Position numbers and translations under genes: made by a program. The notes under the pieces were generated by a model. It was not told where the DNA came from. It was given only the letters and a program-made list of their open reading frames with translations, and did no database searches. From Spirochaetia bacterium (lineage in GTDB: Bacteria > Spirochaetota > Spirochaetia > CADAEX01), in the NCBI GenBank assembly GCA_031548835.1, contig JAVBQS010000019.1:2445-66444 (forward strand): a stretch of 64,000 nucleotides of DNA, read 5' to 3'. Numbering within the stretch: position 1 is the stretch's first letter; the number at the start of each line of letters is the position of its first letter. Below, in pieces: positions 36,642 to 46,378 of this stretch.

Positions 36642-38312
36642 ATGAGTGTCTGGAATGTGTTTACACTGATAGGAGGGCTTGCTGTTTTTCTCTATGGAAT
36701 GATGGTAATGAACAGAAACCTCACATCAATAGCAGGTGAGAAAATGAAATCCATAATGCTCACACTGACTAAGAGCAGGCCAAGAGGTTATATTACTGGC
36801 CTTGGTATTACAATGATTAATCAGTCATCGTCAGCAACAACAGTACTTGAAGCTGCGCTTGTCGGTGCCGGATTAATGACTTTTCACCAGAGTGTTGCTG
36901 TTACTTTGGGTGCTGAGCTTGGTTCAACTTTCCTGGCACACATTGTAGCTTTTCCATCAATAACCAAATTTGCAGCTCTTATAATTGCCGGCGGTTTTTT
37001 CGCTTCTATTATGCTTAAAAAACAGAAAGCTATTAATGCAGCTCTTGCTATTTTTGGTTTTGGTCTTTTATTTATGGGAATGGACATGATGTCTGAATCT
37101 CTTAAACCATTAAGAACATATCAGCCTTTCCTGGATCTTATGATAAAAGTTGAAACTCCTATCCTTGGTATACTTTTGGGCCTTGTTTTTACAATGGTAG
37201 TTCAGTCATCTGGCGCAACAAGTGGCCTTACCATAGCTATGGCAATGGCAGGAACAATAAGTCTTGAACAGGCTGTTCCAATTAACCTTGGCGCTGCAGT
37301 AGGAACATGTATTACCGCAATTCTAGGAAGCCTTGCATTAAACTGGGAAGCTAAAAGATCTGCCTATATCCATGTAATGTTCCAGGTTATAGGTACTATT
37401 TGGGTTTATATACTTTTAATGATACGTATGCCAAACGGAGAAAGAGTTTTTATCTGGCTTGTAAAATGGGTTACAGCAACTGTTTTCAGAACAGATAATC
37501 TTGGAAGAGAAATTGCAACAGGTTTTACACTTATGCCTGTAATTAACCATATACTTTTATTTGCTGTTCCAAAATTTCTTGATACAGTTGTTGCTATTTT
37601 TGAGAAAATATTCCCGCCGAAAGAGAGCGAAAAGCCTTTCAGTGTAAAATATCTGCAGGAGCAGCTTATTGACGGAAGTGTTGAAATAGCTCTTGAAATG
37701 GCTAAAAAAGAAATTCTTATTGATGCAGACCTTGTAAAAAGCATGTTTGAAAAGGTTGATCTGGCATTTAAACATAAGGATATGAAATTAATAAATCAGA
37801 TTTCAGAAACAGACTCAAAAGTCGATCTTCTTCATAAAACCATAATTCTATTTCTTGCAAGAATATCGCGCAAAGAACTTGGCCAGGATGAATCCAAGAG
37901 AAGTATGAACTATCTTTATATAGAGAATGAACTTGAATCTATTGGAGATGTTATTGATAAAAACCTTATGGTAATGGCTAAAAAGATGATAAATCTTGGA
38001 CTTAATTTTTCAGAACAGGGCGGCAAAGAACTTACCGAACTTCATGGAAAAGTAATGGAAAATATTAATAGAATGGTTAAAGCTCTTGCAGAAGAAAATG
38101 CTGAGCTTGCAAAAGAAATAAAAGAAGTATATGCAGATGTTAATGAGACAAAATATCAGCTTTCACATATTGAAAGGCTCCATAAAGGCCTTAAAGTATC
38201 AATTGATACATCATCTGTGCATCTTGATGTAATAAACTATTATGCAAGAATAAATGAACATGTTGCTTATATTGCAGACAGGATAATCTGGCTTACAAAG
38301 AAGCATGTTTAA
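36642..38312 (+). CDS. Na+/phosphate cotransporter (NptA/Na_Pi_cotrans family) with C-terminal PhoU-like domain
   Basis: 'GGLAVFLYGMMVMNRNL' and a repeated transporter half. The C-terminal roughly 200 aa are helical and PhoU-like. 556 aa. Confidence 0.85.
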   Translation: MSVWNVFTLIGGLAVFLYGMMVMNRNLTSIAGEKMKSIMLTLTKSRPRGYITGLGITMINQSSSATTVLEAALVGAGLMTFHQSVAVTLGAELGSTFLAHIVAFPSITKFAALIIAGGFFASIMLKKQKAINAALAIFGFGLLFMGMDMMSESLKPLRTYQPFLDLMIKVETPILGILLGLVFTMVVQSSGATSGLTIAMAMAGTISLEQAVPINLGAAVGTCITAILGSLALNWEAKRSAYIHVMFQVIGTIWVYILLMIRMPNGERVFIWLVKWVTATVFRTDNLGREIATGFTLMPVINHILLFAVPKFLDTVVAIFEKIFPPKESEKPFSVKYLQEQLIDGSVEIALEMAKKEILIDADLVKSMFEKVDLAFKHKDMKLINQISETDSKVDLLHKTIILFLARISRKELGQDESKRSMNYLYIENELESIGDVIDKNLMVMAKKMINLGLNFSEQGGKELTELHGKVMENINRMVKALAEENAELAKEIKEVYADVNETKYQLSHIERLHKGLKVSIDTSSVHLDVINYYARINEHVAYIADRIIWLTKKHV

Positions 38313-38321
38313 TTTTTAAAC

Positions 38322-38349
38322 GAGGGCATCTTTTTGATGCCCTTTTTTA
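38322..38349 (+). terminator. Rho-independent terminator of the Na/Pi cotransporter gene
   Basis: Stem gggcatc/gatgccc with loop ttttt, followed by T6. Confidence 0.75.
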
Positions 38350-38438
38350 TCCCGGCATAGTACCGCCACAATGGTTATTGCCCTAAAATCTACGGAACCG
38401 CTGATTAAATTGACTCTAATCATCGGTTTCATATTACT

Positions 38439-38528
38439 ATCCTGGTTTGGCAAAGCCATATCAGGGTTATTTTTCCCGTTTTCCATGGAAAACTGCGAAA
38501 AACAATAATAACCCTGGTGTGCCAGGAT
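38439..38528. repeat. Composite palindromic element: ATCCTGG..CAGGGTTATT (copy B1), central 16-bp perfect palindrome GTTTTCCATGGAAAAC, and an inverted copy AATAACCCTG..CCAGGAT (B2)
   Basis: B1 is at 38439-38471, the central palindrome at 38478-38493, and B2 at 38507-38528. It is the same repeat family as 11843-11879. Confidence 0.6.
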
Positions 38529-38615
38529 AAAAAAATAGTGCTGATTTATTCTCTACCCTGAAACAAGTATACTTCGCTACCCAAAGGGTGCTTCGCAACT
38601 TTTGAATAAATCAGC
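38528..38615 (-). terminator. Candidate terminator of the minus-strand zinc-ribbon gene: 12-bp stem (gctgatttattc/gaataaatcagc) with a long structured loop, followed on the minus strand by U7
   Basis: The inverted repeat at 38540-38551 / 38604-38615 was read from the sequence. The A7 run at 38529-38535 gives a U-tract on the minus strand. The loop is unusually long (52 nt). Confidence 0.35.
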
Positions 38616-38630
38616 GTTGCTCTAATTAAA

Positions 38631-39020
38631 TTATTTTGCCTTACGGCACAAGGTACAGCCCAGCACATGAAGATGTTTTTTTCCCGGCCGTATAAAATAT
38701 CTTCCCACAACATATCCGTCTGCAGGCAGCTTTTTTTTACATACCGGACATATTCTGCTTTTTGTTCCATATGGCGGAATACATTTGGGGCACCCAAAAA
38801 CATCCATAAGAGTATCTTTACTTTCTGTAGGATAAGTTTTTGATTTTACATTTTCTCCTTTGGAAAGCGATGAATTGCACAAAGGACAGAATTTTGATGA
38901 TTTACTCTCTTCCTGACGATTTTTTTGCCTATTATTTGCTGTTTTTTGGGGAAATGAGAAACCAAGCCGTAGAAGTATAAAAATAATAGCTAAAAGAAGA
39001 ACAATAATAAGATATTCCAT
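38631..39020 (-). CDS. Small membrane-anchored protein with four CxxC pairs (zinc-ribbon-like)
   Basis: N-terminal TM 'MEYLIIVLLLAIIFILLRLGF', followed by 'CPLC', 'CPKC', 'CPVC' and 'GCTLC'. Confidence 0.55.
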   Translation of the reverse strand: MEYLIIVLLLAIIFILLRLGFSFPQKTANNRQKNRQEESKSSKFCPLCNSSLSKGENVKSKTYPTESKDTLMDVFGCPKCIPPYGTKSRICPVCKKKLPADGYVVGRYFIRPGKKHLHVLGCTLCRKAK

Positions 39021-39211
39021 AATTCTCTTTTGTATTATTCATCAAAACAGATTTATTGTAAATTATATTAAATATGTGGGAAAAGTTATAATAACTTATT
39101 TATAAATTTATTATCTTAAATGCTAAAAAAAATAATTTTTCAATCACATGATTTTATATCTTTAAAAAGATAAAACTCGACATTTATTCTATTAATGATT
39201 AAAGTTACCCT

Positions 39212-39892
39212 ATGGGAACTCTTTATATAGTAGCAACTCCTATCGGAAATCTTGATGATATTACCTATAGAGCTGTTGAAACACTTAAAAATGTTGATAC
39301 TATTGCATGTGAAGATACAAGGCATACTCTGGGGCTTTTAAATAAATATGGCATAAAAAAGCCTCTTATAAGCTATTATGCAGCAGCAGAAGAAAAAGGC
39401 ATATTCAACATATTATCAAAGCTTGAAAAAGGCGGATCTGTCGCTTATGTAAGCGATGCAGGCACTCCTGGGATAAGCGATCCTGGAGGAGCTCTTGTAA
39501 GAGCAGCAAGGGAAGCAGGCCATGATATTATTCCAATTCCAGGGCCTTCTGCATTTGCAGCATTGGTAAGTATAGGAGGAATTTCCGGAAAAACAATTCT
39601 TTTTGAAGGATTTTTATCTCCAAAAAAGGGAAAAAGAAAGAACAGGCTTAGCCAGCTTCTGGAACGGGAAGAGAGTTTTGTTATATATGAGTCCCCCTTT
39701 AGGGTTGTAAAAGTGCTGGAAGAGCTTAAAGAGCTTGCCCCGGAACGAAAAATAGTGGCTGGAAGGGAACTTACAAAGAAATTTGAAGAAATATTGACTG
39801 GAACAGCAGAATCTATTCTTGACATTTTAAACACAAAAGGTAAAATTCAAGGTGAATTCTCTATCCTTATATGTGAAAAAAAATATGATTAA
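39212..39892 (+). CDS. rsmI: 16S rRNA (cytidine1402-2'-O)-methyltransferase
   Basis: 'GTLYIVATPIGNLDDITYRAVETLKNVDTIACEDTRHT' matches the RsmI/tetrapyrrole-methylase-fold N-terminus. Confidence 0.85.
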   Translation: MGTLYIVATPIGNLDDITYRAVETLKNVDTIACEDTRHTLGLLNKYGIKKPLISYYAAAEEKGIFNILSKLEKGGSVAYVSDAGTPGISDPGGALVRAAREAGHDIIPIPGPSAFAALVSIGGISGKTILFEGFLSPKKGKRKNRLSQLLEREESFVIYESPFRVVKVLEELKELAPERKIVAGRELTKKFEEILTGTAESILDILNTKGKIQGEFSILICEKKYD

Positions 39893-39939
39893 ATTTCAAG
39901 GAAAAGAATGTCGATATTCCTAATGTAAGGAAGGTAAAT

Positions 39940-40224
39940 ATGACAATTGATAAGCTTGGATCTATCAATCCTTTGCAGCATTACAACAGACCGGAAAAAG
40001 CAGCAAAATCTGCCTATAACAATGAACAGGATTCTATAAGTGTATCAATTGAAGCAAGAACTATGGGTGAAATATATCAGGCAGCTGAAATAGTAAAAAA
40101 TGCTGATGATATAAGAATTGATAGAGTTGAAGAAGTCAGAAGAAAACTGGAAGACCCTTCTTATATAAATAATGCAATTATAGATGTAGTTGCTGACAGA
40201 ATAATGGATGTATTTAAAATATAA
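39940..40224 (+). CDS. flgM: Anti-sigma-28 factor FlgM
   Basis: 94 aa. C-terminal 'IRIDRVEEVRRKLEDPSYINNAIIDVVADRIMDVF' is characteristic of FlgM. Confidence 0.7.
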   Translation: MTIDKLGSINPLQHYNRPEKAAKSAYNNEQDSISVSIEARTMGEIYQAAEIVKNADDIRIDRVEEVRRKLEDPSYINNAIIDVVADRIMDVFKI

Positions 40225-40300
40225 TAATGGCATAACTTGACTTAAAGCAGAGAGTGTTTAACATTTCTCTGCTTTTTTTTTATTAAAAAGGGGGAAAACA

Positions 40301-41437
40301 ATGGCAGAGTTAAATATCAATATAAAAAGTACTCTTATATCAGGCAGGGGGAAAATAGAAAAACTTTCTGCTTTTTTAAGAAAAGAGTGCAGAAGAGCTG
40401 TTATTGTCCGCGACCCCAATACTCCTCCCGATATTGCTTCTGATATATCAGGTATATTATTAAAAAAAGGGGTGGATTGTGTTTTTTATACTGATATTTC
40501 ATCAAAATCTGCCTCAAAAGATGCAGAAATTCTTGTAAATTTTATAAAAAAAGGCTTTGTTCAATGTGTTATAGGATTTGGCGGGCCAAAAGTTGTTAAT
40601 ATTGCAAGAATTTCAGCTTTTGCAGCAGAAAATAATCTGAATATTGATGATATTCTGGATGGGCTTGCTAATATAACTCCAGACAGTGTAAAAAGCAGTA
40701 AAGATAGAATTGATTATATGGAAATTCCTTCTTCTATAAGAAATCCTTTAATGTTTACGCCTTTTGCAGCAGTCACAGACAGCAGAAGCAAAAATGTTAA
40801 AATAACTGATATAGGCTGCCAGCCTTCTTTTATTATAAAAGACTCATCTATTTTTGAAAAACTGTCAAAAATTTCTATTGATTCAATTAGTTTTGAGCTT
40901 CTTTTAATTATGTTTGAAGTTCTTGTCTCAAGGGAAAAAAACTATTTTACAAATACACTTGTAACAGAACCTCTTTCCAGGCTTTATAATGCTCTTGATA
41001 AAGATGAAGCTTTTTCAATAGATGATTATTCAGATATTGCGCTATGCAGCGATTATGCATATTCTATCCACGGCCCCGGCATAAGCTATTATATTGCCCT
41101 TGTTATAAATAGTATGACAGGAATTCCTTTATCAATTATTTCAGCAATTCTTTTTCCCCATATTGTAGAATATTATTCAGAATTTTCTTCTGATACAGTT
41201 AAAAATATTATTGGCAAAATATATAAAGATCAAACTATTGATACTGAAGATTTTATTACTATTGCCCGTAAATTGATAAAAAAGAAAAACCTGCCGATTA
41301 GGCTTTCAGAAACAGGGATAAAAAAAGAAAAACTCAACAGTATTATATCTTCCATAAACCAATATCCTGCTATAATAAAAAACAGCTGTAACCTGGAAGA
41401 AGACAAAATTAATTCAATTTTGCATAATGCTTTATAG
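40301..41437 (+). CDS. Divergent Fe-ADH/dehydroquinate-synthase-like superfamily protein
   Basis: 378 aa. 'VIGFGGPKVVNIARISAF' corresponds to the GGGS-xxD-xAK nucleotide-binding segment of Fe-ADHs, but is degenerate. Confidence 0.4.
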   Translation: MAELNINIKSTLISGRGKIEKLSAFLRKECRRAVIVRDPNTPPDIASDISGILLKKGVDCVFYTDISSKSASKDAEILVNFIKKGFVQCVIGFGGPKVVNIARISAFAAENNLNIDDILDGLANITPDSVKSSKDRIDYMEIPSSIRNPLMFTPFAAVTDSRSKNVKITDIGCQPSFIIKDSSIFEKLSKISIDSISFELLLIMFEVLVSREKNYFTNTLVTEPLSRLYNALDKDEAFSIDDYSDIALCSDYAYSIHGPGISYYIALVINSMTGIPLSIISAILFPHIVEYYSEFSSDTVKNIIGKIYKDQTIDTEDFITIARKLIKKKNLPIRLSETGIKKEKLNSIISSINQYPAIIKNSCNLEEDKINSILHNAL

Positions 41438-41439
41438 AG

Positions 41440-42234
41440 ATGTTTTTTTCAGAAAAAAAAATTAAAAAACTTAGCCTCAGTAATAGATTTCAGAAAACTG
41501 CTTTAATTATTCTGGAAATAGAACAGCAGCTATATGCAGGGAAAAAAATAGACTCATCTTATATAAAAAATATTCTTAATATTATTGAAAAAGAGATAAG
41601 CAGTGAATGGAAAGAGCTTTTTTTATCTTCTTTTTCCAAGCTTCCTGAAATACTTTCAGGTGAAAATATAAGAGATTTAACTAATTTAAGATATGTAATT
41701 CTTTCAGATATAGGAAAAGAACCTGCTGAATGGGATTTGCCTTTTCTCTCGCCAGATGGAGCAAAGAGAAAAGAACGGGAGATTTTCCCAATAAATGTTT
41801 ATCTTGATGATTTAAGATCTCCTTTTAATGTAGGGTCAATATTCCGCACTGCAGAATCATTTTGTTATGAAAATATTTTTTTATCGCTGCATACTCCTTC
41901 CCCTACTCATAGAAGAGCTGCCAGAAGTTCTATGGGAACTGTCGAAGCAGTAAAGTGGAGCAGAGCATCTATTGATAATCTTCCGCAGCCTCTTTTTGCG
42001 CTTGAAACAGGCGGAACTCCTGTTTCTGATTTTGTCTTTCCTGAATCAGGGACTGTAATTATAGGATCTGAAGAAAGCGGAATAAGCCATGCTGTTATTG
42101 AGAGTGCAAAAAAAAGTCTGGGAGTTGTTTCAATACCTATATATGGCGTAAAAGGCTCTCTAAATGTCGGAGTTGCTTTTGGAATACTATCTTTTTGCTG
42201 GGTTAATATGCTTAAAAGTGAAAAAAAATTCTAA
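41440..42234 (+). CDS. SpoU/TrmH-family RNA 2'-O-methyltransferase
   Basis: C-terminal SPOUT domain 'NVGSIFRTAESFCYENIFL', 'IIGSEESGIS', 'SLNVGVAFGIL'. Confidence 0.75.
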   Translation: MFFSEKKIKKLSLSNRFQKTALIILEIEQQLYAGKKIDSSYIKNILNIIEKEISSEWKELFLSSFSKLPEILSGENIRDLTNLRYVILSDIGKEPAEWDLPFLSPDGAKRKEREIFPINVYLDDLRSPFNVGSIFRTAESFCYENIFLSLHTPSPTHRRAARSSMGTVEAVKWSRASIDNLPQPLFALETGGTPVSDFVFPESGTVIIGSEESGISHAVIESAKKSLGVVSIPIYGVKGSLNVGVAFGILSFCWVNMLKSEKKF

Positions 42235-43718
42235 TGGGTTTTTTCACTTTCAGTTTCTTTATCATAAGTTTCAATAAGCTTGCTTAAAAGAAGGTTAAAC
42301 TGTTCTTCTGTTGATATACCAAACCTTTTGAGAACATTTTTTGATATCTGTTCAAATGTTATATCAGTTTCTTCATAATTTGCCATTGAATTGGCAAGAT
42401 AAATTGTTGCAACAGTTTCCCATTTATCAGCAGGCGCTGCATCAGGTTCATGATGATATTTTATTGAAATTACAAGATCTTCAGGAAAATTCCATTTTTC
42501 AGCTATAAGAGCGCCTATTTCCGCATGATTAAGCCCTGCAGAAAGAGCCTCAAATATATCTCTGTCCATTTCCTTTTCTTTTGAAAATTCAGATATTTTT
42601 CCAATAAGCTTTGGATGTGCATTAAAAAATATAATTTTACCTATATCATGCAGGATTCCGCCAATATAGACATCATCCAGTATATCTTTTTTCTTTATAT
42701 AGCTTTTTGCAAGAGCATAGGCATAGAATGCTGTTCTGTTTGCATGATTCCACAGCTCTTTTAATCCTGACTTAAGTATTTTTTGTGTTCCATAGGAATA
42801 TAAAAGGTTTTTAAGTCCTCGTAATCCTACAAGTTTTACAGCTTCTGTTATGCTGTCAACTTTTTTTGATAGCATATACTGGGCAGAATTTACTATTTTT
42901 AAAAGATCTGCAGTAAGGCTCATATCCATTGCAATATGTCTTGATATATCTGTTATTTCAGATTCAGGGTCATCAATCATTTTCTGGAGTTCTACAATAT
43001 TTTCCGGGAATTGCGGAAGTTCATTGATTTCTTTAACAATTTCCCTGGATAAAACATGAAGATTTTCTTTGTGGACTTTTGAAAATGGAACAACAAGTTT
43101 TGCTACAGTTTCTTCGCCTTCCACATCAAGATCAAAAGCATCTTCACTTAATCCAAGTTTTTTAAGCATTAAAACAAGAATTACAAGGCCAAGGCCGGCG
43201 CCTTCAGAGCTATCCATTACAGATGACATTGCTTCATCAAGAGTATTAAAAGCTCTTGACCTTGCTATTCTGTCATAAACTCTCATTTGCTCTCTTCTTG
43301 AAATTTTTGAATTATTGCGTATAGCTACTGTCAGCTCTCCGTTTGCTGCCTGAAAAATTATTTTTATATATAAACCTGAATCTTTTTGTTTTTCCAGATA
43401 ATATTCAATATTATCAAGTGTATCTGTTTTAAAAGATTCCATTCCTATTTTATAATCTTCTTCATCTTCAATATCGAGTTCTTTATCCATAAAATAGGTT
43501 CTTTTTGTATTTGCTTTGTTGGCATTTACTGCAAGTTCTCTCATGCAATAGGATATTTGCGGCAGGATTTCTTTTTGCCCAAATTCAGCAAGAAAGACTG
43601 ATAAAACCTGTTCAAGCTGTTCTTCTATTTCATGATTAATTTTGTAAGTCTTAATTATAAGAGGTAGAGAGTTTCGGGCTGCTTTTTGAATTTTAGGAAC
43701 ATCAATATTAACTGCCAT
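42231..43718 (-). CDS. Signalling protein with N-terminal GHKL/anti-sigma-like ATPase domain and C-terminal HDOD domain
   Basis: N-terminus 'EGAGLGLVILVLMLKK' (G2 box-like). C-terminal HDOD 'IGGILHDIGKIIF', 'LNHAEIGALIAEKWNFPEDLVISIKYHHEPD'. Confidence 0.7.
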   Translation of the reverse strand: MAVNIDVPKIQKAARNSLPLIIKTYKINHEIEEQLEQVLSVFLAEFGQKEILPQISYCMRELAVNANKANTKRTYFMDKELDIEDEEDYKIGMESFKTDTLDNIEYYLEKQKDSGLYIKIIFQAANGELTVAIRNNSKISRREQMRVYDRIARSRAFNTLDEAMSSVMDSSEGAGLGLVILVLMLKKLGLSEDAFDLDVEGEETVAKLVVPFSKVHKENLHVLSREIVKEINELPQFPENIVELQKMIDDPESEITDISRHIAMDMSLTADLLKIVNSAQYMLSKKVDSITEAVKLVGLRGLKNLLYSYGTQKILKSGLKELWNHANRTAFYAYALAKSYIKKKDILDDVYIGGILHDIGKIIFFNAHPKLIGKISEFSKEKEMDRDIFEALSAGLNHAEIGALIAEKWNFPEDLVISIKYHHEPDAAPADKWETVATIYLANSMANYEETDITFEQISKNVLKRFGISTEEQFNLLLSKLIETYDKETESEKTH

Positions 43719-43899
43719 TTTCCTTATCCATGGATAGCATTTTTTAAATAAATAATAATTAGCCTGTTGCCAATACTATTTAGCTAATTTATCTATATCT
43801 ATACTATAGAGAAGTATAGTATTTAATTTTTCTTAATGTCAATAAAATAACTATATTATAGAAAATTATAAAAAATAACTTTTTATATAAACAAATATT

Positions 43900-46311
43900 T
43901 TAACGCCATAAACTTTTACCTTTCTTTGATAAAATTTTAAGCTTTTTTCCTATAATAGCATTAAAAGAATCTGATGGAAATTGTCCTTTTTTATTAATTT
44001 CTCCTGCATATATTCCTGATAATATAGTTATGCCTTCATTTATATTTTTTATCGGATAGATAGAAAAATTTCCATTTTTTACAGCTTCTTTAATATTTTT
44101 CCGCAGTATAAGATTTTTAACATTTGATTCAGGGATTATTACTCCCTGCGAACCTGTTAAGCCGAATTTTTCGCAAACTGAATAAAATCCTTCAATTTTT
44201 TCATTAACCCCGCCTATAGGCTGTATTTGCCCAAGCTGATTAACAGATCCTGTTATTGCAATATCTTGTCTAAATGGCGCTTCTGCAATAGCTGATAATA
44301 GTGCAAATATCTCTGTAGATGATGCAGAATCGCCTTCTATTTCTCCATAAGACTGCTCAAAACAGATACTTGCAAATATTGATATTGGAAAATCTTTGCC
44401 ATAAAAAGATCTTATATATCCCTCAATTATCATTGCTCCTTTGTTATAGATTTCTCCCGAAAGCCCTGCTTCCCTCTCAATATTGATTATTCCTTCATCT
44501 CCGGGAGCTACAGTTGCTGATACAAGAAATGGCCTTCCAAATGTGTAGAAACCTCTGTCATAAACTGCAAGTCCATTAACTACACCTATTTTTTTGTCTT
44601 TTACTTCAATTCTTATAGTGCCTTCTTCTATTAGGGATGTAAGTTTTTCTTCAGGAAGATTGTTCATACAATTGCGTTTTTCTATTGCATGTTCTACTTC
44701 TTCCCTATCTATTTTTTCTGAACCTATTTCTCTTGCCCAATAATCAACTTCAACAAGAAGATCAAGAATTTTTGAGAATTTTGTTGAGTATTTTTTCCTG
44801 TGGCCTGTCATTCTTATGCCAAAATCAATTATTGCCTGGATTCCGGCATCTGTAATTGGTTTTAGATTTTTACCTTTTATCTGTTCATCTATAAAACTTA
44901 TATATTGGCCTGTGTTTTCATTGCTTATATCCATTTCAGAATCAAATTCTGCAATAACTTTAAAAAATTTTTCAAAATCCTGGTCTGTGTTATAGAGAAT
45001 GTCATAAATATTTTCATTTCCTATAATTATTATTTTTGTATCAATTTTTACAGGTTCAGGCTTTAAAAATCCTCCAGAAGGATTAAATGGAGATATAGGC
45101 TGCTGTATCTGTACTTCGCCGCTTTTTAAAGCTCTTTTAAGATGCTCCCAGGAGTTTTCTTCCTGGAAAAGAGATTCTGCATCCAGTATCAAAAAGCCGC
45201 CAGATGCTTTTATAAGTGAACCTGCCTTTGCCATCATAAATGAAGTTTTGACTTCAATATTATGTTCCATTTTGTTCTCTATTGTTCCAAATAGATTTGA
45301 AAAAGATGGATATGATTCAAAAATTACAGGAGCATGTTTTACTTTTGAGTTATCAACAAGAATATTTATCTGGTATCTTTCCTGTTCATTTTCGCTATAA
45401 AACTCTAATTCACTCTCTTCTTCGCCGTGTTCTTCCTCTTCATCAATAAATAGATAAAGCCTCTCAAGTATATCTTTTTTAAGATCTGTAAGATATTTTT
45501 TTACATCTCCCTGCCTGTATTCAGAGGTAAGGTCATCGATTTCAGATGTAATAATAGGTTCTATAAATTTTTTTTCTTCTTCAAGCAGCCTGTTTTCAAG
45601 TTCAATCCTGTTATGCTGCATTTTTCTTAAAAGTTCCTGGAGCGAATCAAGATGTTTAAAATAATCATTTCTTATTTTTTCTTCATCTTTTGAACTTATT
45701 TTGTTTTCACTTACCATCTGCTGGATTTCATCAAAATCCACAGGTTTGCCTTTTATGGCAGGCATTATGTCAGAGATCATTTCATTATCTTCTGTTTTTG
45801 AATTTACAAGAAGAAATCCGCTTGATTTAAGGTTATTTTCAAATTTTGTAAGAAGTTCTTTTTCCATATTGTCGTGTGATTTGATTATGGAATTTCTTTT
45901 CTTTTTGAAACTGTCGCTTTCTATTCTGCTTTTAATTCTCTTGCGGACTATTGTAATTAAATTATTGAGGCTGTTTCTGAAATTCTTGGCTCTTCCTGCA
46001 GGAAGGTAGAGAATTCCGGGCGATTCAGGATTTGAGAAATTAAAAACACATACAATGTCTTTTAAAGGCGCTTCCCAGTCTAAATTTTCAAGTATTTTAT
46101 TTATTGCGCTGTGCCTTCCAGTGCCAGTGCTTCCTGTAACAAAGATATTGTATCCTGGTTTACGCAATTTAGTTCCAAAAGCCAAAGCATCTGCAGCTCT
46201 CTTTTGCCCTGCAATAAATGTTTTTATTTCTGATTCTCTTAAAGATTTTATTAATTCAATTGGAATGCTGAATTCAAGTTCTTCTGCATTAAGTTTTTTA
46301 TATAGATTCAT
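43900..46311 (-). CDS. Lon-like ATP-dependent protease (COG1067/LonB-LonC type: AAA+ module plus Lon S16 proteolytic domain)
   Basis: C-terminal 'GDSASSTEIFALLSAIA' (catalytic Ser) and 'PIGGVNEKIEGF' (catalytic Lys). The N-terminal P-loop-like 'VTGSTGTGRHSA' has Arg in place of the Walker-A Lys. Start chosen at the internal Met 'MNLYKK' (46311). The ORF is open to 46389. Confidence 0.75.
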   Translation of the reverse strand: MNLYKKLNAEELEFSIPIELIKSLRESEIKTFIAGQKRAADALAFGTKLRKPGYNIFVTGSTGTGRHSAINKILENLDWEAPLKDIVCVFNFSNPESPGILYLPAGRAKNFRNSLNNLITIVRKRIKSRIESDSFKKKRNSIIKSHDNMEKELLTKFENNLKSSGFLLVNSKTEDNEMISDIMPAIKGKPVDFDEIQQMVSENKISSKDEEKIRNDYFKHLDSLQELLRKMQHNRIELENRLLEEEKKFIEPIITSEIDDLTSEYRQGDVKKYLTDLKKDILERLYLFIDEEEEHGEEESELEFYSENEQERYQINILVDNSKVKHAPVIFESYPSFSNLFGTIENKMEHNIEVKTSFMMAKAGSLIKASGGFLILDAESLFQEENSWEHLKRALKSGEVQIQQPISPFNPSGGFLKPEPVKIDTKIIIIGNENIYDILYNTDQDFEKFFKVIAEFDSEMDISNENTGQYISFIDEQIKGKNLKPITDAGIQAIIDFGIRMTGHRKKYSTKFSKILDLLVEVDYWAREIGSEKIDREEVEHAIEKRNCMNNLPEEKLTSLIEEGTIRIEVKDKKIGVVNGLAVYDRGFYTFGRPFLVSATVAPGDEGIINIEREAGLSGEIYNKGAMIIEGYIRSFYGKDFPISIFASICFEQSYGEIEGDSASSTEIFALLSAIAEAPFRQDIAITGSVNQLGQIQPIGGVNEKIEGFYSVCEKFGLTGSQGVIIPESNVKNLILRKNIKEAVKNGNFSIYPIKNINEGITILSGIYAGEINKKGQFPSDSFNAIIGKKLKILSKKGKSLWR

Positions 46312-46378
46312 ACAAAGAATAATATTGTAAAGTAACAGTTTGTTGTCAAGGATAGTATAAAAATATATAATTATTTTT

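Noticed and set aside
38546-38803. 85-aa minus-strand ORF overlapping the 3' end of the zinc-ribbon gene and the intergenic repeats
   Set aside because: It overlaps a better-supported ORF in another frame and runs through the palindromic repeat region. It is probably spurious.
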